A stretch of DNA of 64,000 bases, taken from NCBI GenBank assembly GCA_963748015.1, contig CAVVHE010000008.1, forward strand, positions 222,070-286,069. Direction: 5' to 3'. Source of the DNA: Terriglobia bacterium (lineage in GTDB: Bacteria; Acidobacteriota; Polarisedimenticolia; Polarisedimenticolales; JAIQFR01). The stretch's first letter is position 1. Each line of letters opens with the position of its first letter. The notes under the pieces were generated by a model. It did not search any database, was not told the DNA's origin, and saw only the letters and a program-made list of their open reading frames with translations. This document shows, in pieces, positions 10,592-19,958 of this stretch. Both the position numbers and the translations under genes were made by a program.

Positions 10592-10740
10592 GAAGACCTC
10601 CGGGGTCGGACATTACTGGCGTAACAGCCGGGGTCCTAAGCTAGCAGATTTCAATGGTTTTTCGGAAATCGGCGGGGGCCGGATTCGACGGGAGAACCGC
10701 CCTGCCGCGATGGCGGCGGTCGGGGGGCGCGGGCACCCGT

Positions 10741-11073
10741 CTAACGCGCGCCCGCCTGCGCCTTCTTGAGCTGCTCGTTCTCCTTCCGCAGCCGCTCGAT
10801 CTCGGCGTCGAGAGCGCGGATCTTCTCGCGCATCTCGGCGTCCACCTCGTCGCGGGCCTTCTCGAGCGCGAGCCGCTCCTCGGGGGTCTTGGCCTTCCCG
10901 ATCATCGCGTCGGCGGCGGGGGAGGGGCGTTCGGCGGCCGGCGGCCGGCCGGAATCGGAACGCGGTGCGGCAGGGGGATCGCCCGCCGGGCCGCAGCCGG
11001 CGAGCAGGAGGAGCGCCGACGCCAGCAAGGACAGCGAGGGCGCGAGGCCTCGACGGCCCGCTCGGGACGTCAC
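10741..11073 (-). CDS. Small lipoprotein with C-terminal coiled coil (hypothetical)
   Basis: The GTG at 11073 overlaps the stop of the upstream gene (GTGA). The lipobox is LLLAGC. The C-terminus EERLALEKARDEVDAEMREKIRALDAEIERLRKENEQLKK is coiled-coil-like. Confidence 0.5.
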   Translation of the reverse strand: MTSRAGRRGLAPSLSLLASALLLLAGCGPAGDPPAAPRSDSGRPPAAERPSPAADAMIGKAKTPEERLALEKARDEVDAEMREKIRALDAEIERLRKENEQLKKAQAGAR

Positions 11074-11525
11074 TTGGCCTCCTTCGCGGGCTCCGAGCGG
11101 GGAGGCTCCTCCTCCTTCTTCGACTTCAGGTCGGCATTCTCCTTCCGGAGCTTCCCGGCCATCGCTTCCTTGGTGCGGATCACGTCGTTCCAGAACTCGC
11201 GGGTCGCTTGCTTGACCTCCTCGGCCGCCGACGAGGAAAAGGACTTCGTCTTGTCCCACCCCTGCTTGCTCGCCCCGGCGACGTCTCGCCCGAGCTCGCG
11301 GGCGGCCTCGTCGAGGTACTTGCCGGCCTTGCTGTTCTTGAGGTCGCGTCCCGCCTCCTTCGTGTCCTGGACGAGCTCGCGCCCCGCCTCCTTGACCTCG
11401 CCCGAGGCCGTTCCGGTGGCCTGGCCCTCCTTCTTCGGAGGATCCTCCGCGAGCGCCGGGGCCGTCGCGGCCAGCAAGAGGAGCATCGCGGGTAAAGTCA
11501 TGATCCTAAAACGGATAACGTGCAT
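11070..11525 (-). CDS. Secreted Lys/Glu-rich repeat protein (hypothetical)
   Basis: A signal peptide (MTLPAMLLLLAATAPALA) is present, with repeated KEAGR-type motifs. A GGAGG lies 5 nt upstream of the ATG at 11525. Confidence 0.5.
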   Translation of the reverse strand: MHVIRFRIMTLPAMLLLLAATAPALAEDPPKKEGQATGTASGEVKEAGRELVQDTKEAGRDLKNSKAGKYLDEAARELGRDVAGASKQGWDKTKSFSSSAAEEVKQATREFWNDVIRTKEAMAGKLRKENADLKSKKEEEPPRSEPAKEAK

Positions 11526-11703
11526 AGCGACCTCCCCGGCGGCGGGACGGAACCCGTCCCGGTGCCGATCCCCACAAGGGAAGATTAACCCCGGCGCGCA
11601 TGGCCCCGCAACCGGTCCGCGGAGCTCCCATCATGGCGGAAAATCTTTTCGATTGCAGTCCGTACCCGGAGAGGTGTAAAAAGGAATCGACCTCCCCATT
11701 CTA

Positions 11704-11742
11704 GGCGCGCGCGAAGCCCCATTTCTCGCGCGCCAGTTTTTT
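11704..11742 (+). terminator. Intrinsic-terminator-like hairpin (GGCGCGCG / CGCGCGCC, 15-nt loop) followed by T6
   Basis: Read directly from the sequence. It lies in an AT-richer 330-nt spacer, about 110 nt upstream of the S9 peptidase start, and no annotated plus-strand gene precedes it. Confidence 0.4.
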
Positions 11743-11854
11743 ATGGATTGTCCCGTTTTTCCGGGATGAGCCCCTCCGGCGCGGTGGGGCGCCCCGTCGC
11801 GCCAGGGTGGTATTCTCCGAGTCCGGCCAACGGCAGGCCGGCCCAGGAGCCTCC

Positions 11855-14539
11855 ATGCGATCCTCGCGCAAGACGGGAATCCTCCTCGCGCTCTTCCTTG
11901 CGGCGGCCTCCCTCGCGGCGAAGCCCCCGGCACGGACGGAAAGAAAGATGAACGAGCCAGAAATCCCTTCGAAGGCCGTGGCACCCGCCGTGACGAGATG
12001 GCTCGTCCTCGGCCCGGTGCTCGATTCCCTGCCTGTCTTCCACGAGGAAAAACCGGGTTCGTACGGCATCGAGGAGCTGCTCAAGTCGGACCGTTTCACG
12101 GCAAGGCCGTGGCGCCCGGCGGAAGGAATCGAGGAGTCGTGGTTCGGCGGGGTGAGTCTTCGCTGGTCGGCTCGGGATGCCGGTCCGGACGGCCTCGTGA
12201 GCCTCGGCGTGCCCGCGGGCACCGGCGAGGGAAGGCCCGCGACCGCGTGGCTCGCGACGTACGTCGCGGCGGGACGGTACGCGTCGCTCGACCTCGTGGT
12301 GAACGGGACGCACGCGCGCCGGGCCTGGCTCGACGGAGAGCAGGTCGCCGTCGGCGGGACGGACAAGGACGCGGCGTCGCCCGCGGAGGTCAAGGGGAAG
12401 CTGGAGCTGACCGCAGGCAAGCACCTCCTCGTCATCGAGACGGCGTTCGACCCGGCGAAGGCGGACGCCTGGACCGCCGGGGCGTCCCTCAAGGCGCGCA
12501 AGGAAAGCGGCGAGGCGAGCGCCGCGTTCACGGCGACGCTCGACCCCGTATGGGACCTCGATATTCGCGACATCCTCGACCCCCCGCAGATCGTGTCGCT
12601 CGCGGTGTCGCCCGAAGGCACCGAGGTCGCGGTGTCCCTTTCCCGCATCGTCCCCGCGACCGACGATGCCGAGCGGTGGGTGGAGTTCCGTTCCACGGCC
12701 GACGGCGCGCTGCTCGGCACGTGGCGCGGCGGTCCGGCCGCGAGGCAGGTCGCCTACGATCCGCAGGGACGCTGGCTGTCGTACGTCACCGAGGTCAAGG
12801 GCGCTTCCGGAGACGCGGATCGCTCCACCCTCTGGATCCTGGACCGCCGGACGCAGGAAGCCCGCCCCTTGCTCGAGCGGGTGGAGTCCTTCTCCGACTA
12901 CGAATGGTCCCCCGACGGGCGCGCGGTCGCCTACTCGACGACCGTGAAGCCCGAGGCCGACAAGCGCGGGCTCAAGCGCTTCGAAGGGCTCCTCGACCGG
13001 CAAAAGGACTACCGCACGAAAACCTACCTGCACCTCGCGACGGTCCCGCAGGGGACGCGCCGGCGGCTCACGGCAGGCTCGCTCTCCGCGACCGGCGCCT
13101 CGTTCTCGCCCGGCGGGGATCGACTCCTGTTCGTCCGCGAGGTCGAGGACTTCGGCGCGCGCCCCTACACGAGGAAGGAGCTGTGGGAGATCGAGCTCGG
13201 CACCTTCGCGGCCCGCAAGCTGCGCGACGGGCGGTGGTTCGAGTCCGCGCAATACGCGCCCGACGGGAAGCGGATCCTGATCCAGGCGGGCCCCTCCGAG
13301 TTCGGGTCCGCCGGGATCAACGTTCCCGAGGGAACGGTCCCCAACGAGGGGGACGGCCAGCTCTACGTCTGGGACCCCGCGACCAGCCAGGTCGAGGCGA
13401 TCACGCGGGACTTCGACCCGGCCGTGACCTCGGCCACGTGGAGCCGCGCGGACGGCAACATCTACGTGAAAGCCGAGGACCGCGACCGCGTGCGCGTCTT
13501 CCGGTACGACGCGGCGGCGAGGACCTTCGCGCCGGTCGGGACGGAATGCGAGGTCGTGAGCGAGGCGGCGTTCGCCGAGCGCGCCCCCGTGGCCGCGGTG
13601 AGCGGGACCTCCCCCTGGACGCCGTCGCGTCTCGCCGTCGCCGACCTCAAGAGCGGGGCGTCGAAGGTGCTGCTGGAGCCTGCGGCGGCCGCGCTGGCCG
13701 GGGTGCGGAAGGGAACGGTCGAATTGTGGAGCTTCGCCGCCGCGAGCGGGCGCACGATCGACGGGCGGGTCTACCTCCCGCCCGGCTTCGAGGCCGCGCG
13801 CGCCGCGAAGTACCCGGTGATCGTCTACTACTACGGCGGGACCTCTCCCGTGACCCGCGACTTCGGCGGTCGATACCCGAAGGAGTGGTGGGCGGCGAAC
13901 GGGTACGTGGTCTACGTCCTCCAGCCGTCGGGGGCCACCGGGTTCGGGCAGGCGTTCTCGGCCCCGCACGTCAACGACTGGGGGGAGATCACGGCGCAGG
14001 AGATCATCGAGGGGACGCGGAAGTTCCTCGAGGCGCACCCCTACGCGGACCCGAAGCGCGTCGGGTGCATCGGCGCCTCGTTCGGCGGGTTCATGACCGA
14101 GCTGATCGTCACCAAGACGGACCTGTTCGCCGCCGCGGTGTCGCACGCGGGAATCTCGTCCATCTCGTCGTACTGGGGGGAGGGGTACTGGGGGTATTCC
14201 TACAGCGCGCTCGCGACGGCCGGGTCGTTCCCCTGGAACCGCAAGGACATCTACGTCGAGCGCAGCCCGCTGTTCCGCGCCGACAAGGCCCGGACCCCGC
14301 TCCTCCTGACGCACGGCTCGGTCGACACGAACGTGCCGCCCGGAGAGAGCGCCTCGTTCTACGCGGCCCTCAAGCTCCTCGGGGTCCCGGTCGAGTACGT
14401 GCAGGTCGAGGGGATGGACCACCTGATCCTGGATCACGCCAAGCGCATCGTGTGGTCGCGGACGATCCTCGCGTGGTTCGACCGCTGGCTCAAAGGGCAG
14501 CCGGAGTGGTGGGACGCGCTCTACCCGAAGGAGAAGTAG
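11855..14539 (+). CDS. S9 family serine peptidase (prolyl oligopeptidase/dipeptidyl peptidase type) with N-terminal beta-propeller region
   Basis: A signal peptide is present and the nucleophile elbow is GASFGGFM. The C-terminal alpha/beta-hydrolase region has LLLTHGSVDTNVP and MDH. I chose the ATG at 11855, which has AGGAG upstream (the ORF-track start is 11807). Confidence 0.8.
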   Translation: MRSSRKTGILLALFLAAASLAAKPPARTERKMNEPEIPSKAVAPAVTRWLVLGPVLDSLPVFHEEKPGSYGIEELLKSDRFTARPWRPAEGIEESWFGGVSLRWSARDAGPDGLVSLGVPAGTGEGRPATAWLATYVAAGRYASLDLVVNGTHARRAWLDGEQVAVGGTDKDAASPAEVKGKLELTAGKHLLVIETAFDPAKADAWTAGASLKARKESGEASAAFTATLDPVWDLDIRDILDPPQIVSLAVSPEGTEVAVSLSRIVPATDDAERWVEFRSTADGALLGTWRGGPAARQVAYDPQGRWLSYVTEVKGASGDADRSTLWILDRRTQEARPLLERVESFSDYEWSPDGRAVAYSTTVKPEADKRGLKRFEGLLDRQKDYRTKTYLHLATVPQGTRRRLTAGSLSATGASFSPGGDRLLFVREVEDFGARPYTRKELWEIELGTFAARKLRDGRWFESAQYAPDGKRILIQAGPSEFGSAGINVPEGTVPNEGDGQLYVWDPATSQVEAITRDFDPAVTSATWSRADGNIYVKAEDRDRVRVFRYDAAARTFAPVGTECEVVSEAAFAERAPVAAVSGTSPWTPSRLAVADLKSGASKVLLEPAAAALAGVRKGTVELWSFAAASGRTIDGRVYLPPGFEAARAAKYPVIVYYYGGTSPVTRDFGGRYPKEWWAANGYVVYVLQPSGATGFGQAFSAPHVNDWGEITAQEIIEGTRKFLEAHPYADPKRVGCIGASFGGFMTELIVTKTDLFAAAVSHAGISSISSYWGEGYWGYSYSALATAGSFPWNRKDIYVERSPLFRADKARTPLLLTHGSVDTNVPPGESASFYAALKLLGVPVEYVQVEGMDHLILDHAKRIVWSRTILAWFDRWLKGQPEWWDALYPKEK

Positions 14540-14549
14540 CGGCTGCGCG

Positions 14550-15140
14550 CTAGCGAACGGTCAGCTTCCCGCCGGCCCACGTGACGGCGATCCCGTTGCC
14601 GGGGGGAAGGCCCGGGCCGACGACCTCGCCGTGCCCGTCCACGAAGGCGATCGGGCTGGCGACGATCGCCTTCGTCCCGATGAACGAGAGGACGATCAGG
14701 TCCCGCGCATCCGTCACGTCGACGCCCGCGACCGTGCCTCCCGCGTTCTGGATCCGGGAGATGCCCACCTTGATCTTGCCCGGCGTCGTGTTCGGGTCCA
14801 CCTGGACGGCAATATCGGTCCCGCCGTCGCGGAGGAACGACGACGCGCCGTCGAAGGTGTGGTACGCCACGGCGGTGTTGTCGTAGGAGATCCAGAACGC
14901 CGCCCCGAAGAAGTCCGGGACGCCCTTCACGGACACCTTCACCTGGGACAGCCTCCCCGACACCTCGCCGGGCTGCAGGGTCACCGACCCGTCGGCGGGC
15001 GACGGCTCGTCGGGGGTGAAAGTCGCAACGGCCGCCGGGACCGTGGTTTGCGCGGAGCCTCCGCACGAGAGGACGAGGAGGCAGCCGAGCGCGGCCGCGA
15101 CGGCGGGAGAAAGCATGGGACGCGGGGTTCGCCGTTGCAT
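14550..15140 (-). CDS. Lipoprotein with one cohesin-like domain
   Basis: The 196-aa product has lipobox LVLSC. It has a beta-sandwich pattern: VKVSVKGVPDFFGAAFWISYD...DLIVLSFIGTK...IAVTWAGGKLTV. A GGAGGAAGGA RBS is present, and the gene lies 20 nt downstream of the dockerin protein gene. Confidence 0.65.
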   Translation of the reverse strand: MQRRTPRPMLSPAVAAALGCLLVLSCGGSAQTTVPAAVATFTPDEPSPADGSVTLQPGEVSGRLSQVKVSVKGVPDFFGAAFWISYDNTAVAYHTFDGASSFLRDGGTDIAVQVDPNTTPGKIKVGISRIQNAGGTVAGVDVTDARDLIVLSFIGTKAIVASPIAFVDGHGEVVGPGLPPGNGIAVTWAGGKLTVR

Positions 15141-15160
15141 CGTCGTTCCTTCCTCCGCCG

Positions 15161-17797
15161 TCAGGGACATGCGAGGCCGAAGAACGCGGCCACGAAGGCC
15201 AGGTCGTCGCCGTCCACCGTGCCGTTCAGGTCCACGTCCGCCGGGGCGAAGTACCGGGCCGGCGTGAGCGCCCGGTCGGAGGCGAAGGCGGTGGTGACCC
15301 ACAGCAGGTCCTTGCCGTCCACCTGCCCGTCGCCGTCGAGGTCGGGGAGCGTCGGCTTCGCCGACGCCGTGCCGCCGAGGTGGCCGAGGTTCGAGCGGCC
15401 GCCGTTCGGCTGCGGCTCGGTCGAGTAGTCCGCCGCCGGGTCGGCGGTGTCGATCGCCGCCGAGCAGCGCCCGAGCGCGTAGTCGTCGACGAGCTTCGGG
15501 TCCCCCGAGATGACGGTGTCGTCCACCGTCAGCTCCCCTTCGAGCGTCCGCTCGAAGTCGACCCGGGTATTCCCGAAGACGTCCGTGTAGGCCACGTGGA
15601 TGCCGAGGTCCCGCTCGCCCCCCTGCTGCATCTTGCCGTCGTCCCGCGCCAGGGGGCCGCCGATGCCCATCCCGACGTTGTTCGCGAGGATCGAGTTCGA
15701 GACGTCGACGCGAGCGCTCCCGCCGGGCGCGCCGTCGGACTCGATCTCGATGGCCGCCGCGCCCTCGTCGGACCGGTTGGCCGCGATCGTGCAGAAGTCC
15801 ACCGCCGTCCCGGCCTGCCCCTCGCCACCGCGCAGGTAGAGGAACAGGCCGCCACCGGTGGCGTCGTCGGTGTCCGCTTTCGTCGCGACGTTCTCCGCCA
15901 CGAGGTTGCGAGAGAACCGGGCGGACGCTCCCGATGCTCCCTCGGACTCGATCGCGAGAACGGCGCCCGCGCCGAAAGAGGTGGCCGAGTTCTTCCAGAT
16001 CGTGCTCGTCTCGACCACCATCGACCCGCCCGCGCCGGGGCCTCCCGACGAGAGGGTGGCGCGCAGTCCTCCTCCCGCCACCGCCGTGTTGCCCGCGATC
16101 GTGTTTCCGCTCGCGGCGAGGCTTCCGGCCTCCGCGGACGACGGGCCGTGGAGGAGAGCGAGGTCGAGCCCTCCGCCCGAGCCGCCCGCCCGATTGCCCG
16201 AGACCAGGTTGAGGGTGGCGTCGACCCGGCGCTGCCCCGGCCCGTCGCCCGCGACGCGCAGGAGCATCCCGCCGCCGTCGGCCGCGGCCGTGTTCAGCTC
16301 CACGACGTTGCCGCTCGCGGTGATGCGCGCGCCGCCCGCGACCCCGAGGTCCACGACGGCGCCGCCGCCCCGTCCCGCCGCGTCGTTCGCGACGATGGCG
16401 TTCTTGTTCAGCACGACGTCCGCCTGTGCCGCATCGCCGCCGAGCGATGCCACCACGGCGACCGCGCCGCCGTCCTGGGCCGCGTTCACGCCGAGCGAGT
16501 TGTCCTCGACACTCACGCTGAAGCGTCCCTCGCCGGACGCGAGCGCCAGGAGCGCGCCGCCGCTCCCCGTCGCGGCGTTGCGGATCATCTCGTTGCCGCT
16601 CGCGACGAGACGCGTGCCGGAGTCCGGGAAGGTGACGGTGCGCAGGAACACGCCGCCGCCTCCGTGCCCCGGACCGGCCGCGTCCGCGACGTTGTCTCGA
16701 ATCGCGTTGTTCTCGACGCGAACCTCGGTCGCCAAGAGGCACGGCCCCCACTGCACGCAGACCGATCCGGCTCCGGCGTCGATGCAGTCCTGGCTGACCG
16801 CGCAGGTCACCGCCGGGTCGTCGCGGCACACCAGGCATCCCGGGTTGCCCGTGCAGGCGAGGGCCGTGTTCCCCCAGCAGGCCGCGGGCACCGCCGCCTG
16901 CGCCGGCTCGAGAAGGATGGCTCCCCCGTCGGACCCCGTCGCGCGGTTGCTCGCGATGCGGTTGCGGGAGATGGTTCCGGAGCCCGCGAGGCGCACTCCC
17001 GAGAACCCCCCGCCGTACACCGTGAATCCGGTGAGTGTCGAGCCTGTCCCGAGGTCGAACACCGGCGCCACCGTGAGCGGGTCGCAGCTCTCTCCTTCGG
17101 GACAATCGGCGCTCGACGAGCACCACGCTCCCGAGACGCTGCAGGTCCCCTCGATCCGGCTGCAGCTACCGAAGTCGCAGTCCAGGTTGGCGCAGGTGCC
17201 GTTGCCGAGGCACTCGACCGTCGGGTGCCTCTTGCACGTGCCCTTCGTCTGGCCGGTCGGGATTTCGCAGGTGTCGGGCGTGCAGGACGCGGTCCTGTCG
17301 TTCGTGCAGGCCCCGACGTCCACCGTCGCCGTGCAGGTCTCGCCGGTCGGGCACTCGGCATCCACCACGCAATACCGGGTCTTGGTCACGCTGCAGACCT
17401 TGTTGTTGCAGAAGCCCTTGCAGTAGTCCGCGCTGGGGCCGTAACAGGCGATGCTCTTCCGGTCCTCGCAGCTGTTGCCTCCGCAGGTCCCCGTGCCGTC
17501 GACGATCGTGACGAGGCTCGACGGAGGGTTCACCTCGCTCGCGGTCGCGACGAAGGAGAGGCGCCTGCCCGACGCGTTCACGCACTCGCGGTAGAGCCCC
17601 GGCCGCACGCGGACCGTGTCGCCGTCCGCCGCCACGCTCGCCGCGTGGCCGACGGTCGCGAAGGGGGCCGAGCTCGATCCGTTGCCGGCGACGTCGTCGC
17701 CGGTGGCGGACACGTACCAGGTCCGCGCCGCGGCGAGGGCCGGAAGCGAGGCGAGCACCAGCACCAGCGGCGGCAGCAACCGCCGGATCGATCTCAT
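15161..17797 (-). CDS. Secreted right-handed beta-helix (PMP-like GGA[ILV] repeats) protein with Cys-rich insert and C-terminal type-I dockerin
   Basis: The 878-aa product has a signal peptide and many GGAILL/GGALLAL/GGGLDL coils. The C-terminal duplicated Ca-binding segments are DLDGDGQVDGKDLLWV and DVDLNGTVDGDDLAFV. Confidence 0.75.
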   Translation of the reverse strand: MRSIRRLLPPLVLVLASLPALAAARTWYVSATGDDVAGNGSSSAPFATVGHAASVAADGDTVRVRPGLYRECVNASGRRLSFVATASEVNPPSSLVTIVDGTGTCGGNSCEDRKSIACYGPSADYCKGFCNNKVCSVTKTRYCVVDAECPTGETCTATVDVGACTNDRTASCTPDTCEIPTGQTKGTCKRHPTVECLGNGTCANLDCDFGSCSRIEGTCSVSGAWCSSSADCPEGESCDPLTVAPVFDLGTGSTLTGFTVYGGGFSGVRLAGSGTISRNRIASNRATGSDGGAILLEPAQAAVPAACWGNTALACTGNPGCLVCRDDPAVTCAVSQDCIDAGAGSVCVQWGPCLLATEVRVENNAIRDNVADAAGPGHGGGGVFLRTVTFPDSGTRLVASGNEMIRNAATGSGGALLALASGEGRFSVSVEDNSLGVNAAQDGGAVAVVASLGGDAAQADVVLNKNAIVANDAAGRGGGAVVDLGVAGGARITASGNVVELNTAAADGGGMLLRVAGDGPGQRRVDATLNLVSGNRAGGSGGGLDLALLHGPSSAEAGSLAASGNTIAGNTAVAGGGLRATLSSGGPGAGGSMVVETSTIWKNSATSFGAGAVLAIESEGASGASARFSRNLVAENVATKADTDDATGGGLFLYLRGGEGQAGTAVDFCTIAANRSDEGAAAIEIESDGAPGGSARVDVSNSILANNVGMGIGGPLARDDGKMQQGGERDLGIHVAYTDVFGNTRVDFERTLEGELTVDDTVISGDPKLVDDYALGRCSAAIDTADPAADYSTEPQPNGGRSNLGHLGGTASAKPTLPDLDGDGQVDGKDLLWVTTAFASDRALTPARYFAPADVDLNGTVDGDDLAFVAAFFGLACP

Positions 17798-18063
17798 GAA
17801 GACAACCCTCCTCCACGGCGAGACGACCCGAACACAGAAGCCGCCCGTGGCGGCGGCCGCTAACTGTATCCCAACTCGGGCATGGCATCGAACGCGAGGC
17901 GGGCGGGGCCGCCCGCGCGCGGGGGAACGACCCGGCCGGGACGGGCCGCCGGGCGAATCCGCTGGTATTTCCCCCGCGGTGCACTAGATTCTCCCGGGGG
18001 GACAGGCCTGCGCGGAGCGCGGGCGCCGGCGGGGTGCGTCGTCCGCCGGAAGGCGAGGGAGCC

Positions 18064-19947
18064 ATGAGGAAGTCCTTGGCGTTCGCGTTGGCATGGGCTG
18101 CGCTCGCGACGGTCCCCGCGGAGGGCGCCACCCTGTGGGTGGCGCGCTGCAGCGTCTCGGGCGACGGCTCTCGCCTGCGCCCGCTCTGCAGCATCCAGGA
18201 GGGCGTGGACGCCGCCGCTCCGGGGGACACCGTCCGGGTGCTGCCCGGCACCTACCGCGAGTGCGTGGTTGCGATCGGCCCGCCGGTCTCGCTCGTCGCG
18301 GACGATTTCGCGGTGGCGGGCCTGCGGACCACGACGATCGTGGACGGGACCGGCCTCTGCGACGACCCGTCGGCTCCGTCCTCGACGGTCCTGCTGCTCG
18401 GCGGCTCGGCGATCGAGGGGTTCACGGTGCGCGGGGGAGGCTACTCCGGAGTCGCCGGACTCGGGAGCGTGGCGATCACGAGCAACGTGATCGAGGGGAA
18501 CAGCTCGGCCGACGACGGCGGGGGCATCTACGTCAATGCCAGCGACTACTTCGGCGGGGCCGGAGACCTCGTCATCTCCGGCAACGTCGTCCAGGACAAC
18601 CAGGCCTACCGGAACGGCGGGGGGATCTTCGTCTACGGCTACGTGCAGCCCGGGGCCGGAAGGCGCGTCGTCGTGGACGGGAACGCCGTGCGTCGAAACG
18701 TGGCGGGGAACTTCGGTGGGGGCGTCGGCTCCCTTTCCGCGACCCCGTACCTCGGCGACGTCGAGGTGGCCATCACCCGGAACGTGATCGAGGACAACGC
18801 GGCGACGGGTTTCGCCGGGTACAGCTACGGCTACGGAGGGGGGATCTGGGCGAGCACCGGCGGAGAGGGAGCGGAGACGCTCCGCGTCGAGGACAACGAC
18901 GTCCGCCGGAACGAGTCGGGAGGAGGGGGCGGCGGGCTGTCCGCGTGGCTCCGCGCGACGTACGCCGGCTGGCACGCCGTGACCGTCGACGGGAACCGGG
19001 TCGCGCAGAACATGACGGTGGGATACGGGGGCGGCCTCGACCTCTACGTGAAGGCCGTCGACCTGGCGGTCTCCTACGCGCCGTTCTTCGAGGCGCGCGG
19101 GAACGACGTGACGTCGAACCAGGCGTACGCGGGGGCGGGAGGGATGCTGGACGTCTTCGTGGATGCCACCAACGCTTACGTCGCCTCGCGCGCGAGCCTC
19201 GTGTTCGAGGGAAATCGCGTGGCCGACAACGGGGGCGACGGGGACGCCGCGCCGCAATACGGCGCGGGGCTCGAGGTCGGCATCGAGGCGGGCGGGCCGG
19301 CGATCGCGACCGCGGACCTGCGCTTCAACACGATCGTCCGCAACCTCAGCGATCTCGCCGCGGGCGGGATCGACGTGGGGGTCAACACCGCGTTCGACGG
19401 CTCCGGGACCTACGAGGGACTGGCCTCGCTGACGCTCGAGGACTCGATCGTCGCGGACAACGAGGGGTTCGGCATCGGCAAGGCGCCGGCCATCTCCGGC
19501 AGCACCGACAACTGGACGTACGTCATCCGCTACAACGACGTGTTCGGGAACGGGCAGGACTACGAGCCGGTCGTCGGCATACCTCCTCCCGAGGACCGCA
19601 ACATCTCGGCGGACCCGCTGCTCCTCGCCCTCGACGTTCCGGACCTCTGCTCTCCCACGACCGATGCCGCCGACCCGGCCGAGGTCTTCGACCTCGAGCC
19701 GCAGCCGAACGGCGGCCGGGCGAACCAGGGGCATCTCGGCGGCACGGCCGCCGCCACGCAGAGCCTTCCCGACGTGAACGGCGACCTGCTCGTGGACGGG
19801 GTGGACGTGCTGAGGATCGCGACCGCGTTCGCCTCCACGGCCGCGCAGGCGCGCTTCTATGCCGCGGCCGACCTCGACCTGAACGGGATCGTGGACGGCG
19901 ACGACCTCGCCTACGTGGCGGCACGGTTCGGCAAGGACTGCCGGTGA
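18064..19947 (+). CDS. Secreted right-handed beta-helix (PMP-like) protein with C-terminal type-I dockerin
   Basis: A signal peptide ([21 protein letters not shown]) is present, with GGGIYV/GGGIFV/GGGIWA/GGGLDL coils. The C-terminal segments are [16 protein letters not shown] and [17 protein letters not shown] chose the ATG at 18064, which has GAGGGAG upstream. Confidence 0.75.
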   Translation: MRKSLAFALAWAALATVPAEGATLWVARCSVSGDGSRLRPLCSIQEGVDAAAPGDTVRVLPGTYRECVVAIGPPVSLVADDFAVAGLRTTTIVDGTGLCDDPSAPSSTVLLLGGSAIEGFTVRGGGYSGVAGLGSVAITSNVIEGNSSADDGGGIYVNASDYFGGAGDLVISGNVVQDNQAYRNGGGIFVYGYVQPGAGRRVVVDGNAVRRNVAGNFGGGVGSLSATPYLGDVEVAITRNVIEDNAATGFAGYSYGYGGGIWASTGGEGAETLRVEDNDVRRNESGGGGGGLSAWLRATYAGWHAVTVDGNRVAQNMTVGYGGGLDLYVKAVDLAVSYAPFFEARGNDVTSNQAYAGAGGMLDVFVDATNAYVASRASLVFEGNRVADNGGDGDAAPQYGAGLEVGIEAGGPAIATADLRFNTIVRNLSDLAAGGIDVGVNTAFDGSGTYEGLASLTLEDSIVADNEGFGIGKAPAISGSTDNWTYVIRYNDVFGNGQDYEPVVGIPPPEDRNISADPLLLALDVPDLCSPTTDAADPAEVFDLEPQPNGGRANQGHLGGTAAATQSLPDVNGDLLVDGVDVLRIATAFASTAAQARFYAAADLDLNGIVDGDDLAYVAARFGKDCR

Positions 19948-19958
19948 AGGGGGCGGGG

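Noticed and set aside
10592-10740. Possible purine/ZTP-type riboswitch in the purL 5' region
   Set aside because: Read on the minus strand, the region has no recognisable ZTP (pfl) or purine riboswitch conserved core. It holds only a GGAGG RBS and a weak hairpin, so it is left as plain intergenic DNA.
11600-11704. 34-codon ORF (or 23 codons from the ATG at 11631) in the AT-richer spacer as a real small protein
   Set aside because: There is no convincing RBS for the first ATG, the codon usage is atypical for this genome, and I recognised no homology. It is kept only as part of the leader/sRNA hypothesis.
13236-13256. GGTTCGAGTCC, a tRNA T-loop-like string
   Set aside because: The flanks do not form a T-stem (ggtgg versus ccgcg are not complementary) or an acceptor stem. 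The string lies in frame inside the S9 peptidase CDS.
11741-14437. Long antisense or alternative-frame ORFs, e.g. 11741..14437(-), 11998..14553(+), 2402..4597(-), 2719..4593(+), 15380..17863(+), 17860..19734(-), 51122..52777(-), 57664..60588(+)
   Set aside because: All are Arg/Pro/Gly/Ala-rich with no recognisable motifs. Each lies opposite or out of frame to ORFs with clear family signatures, so they are high-GC artefacts and not overlapping genes.
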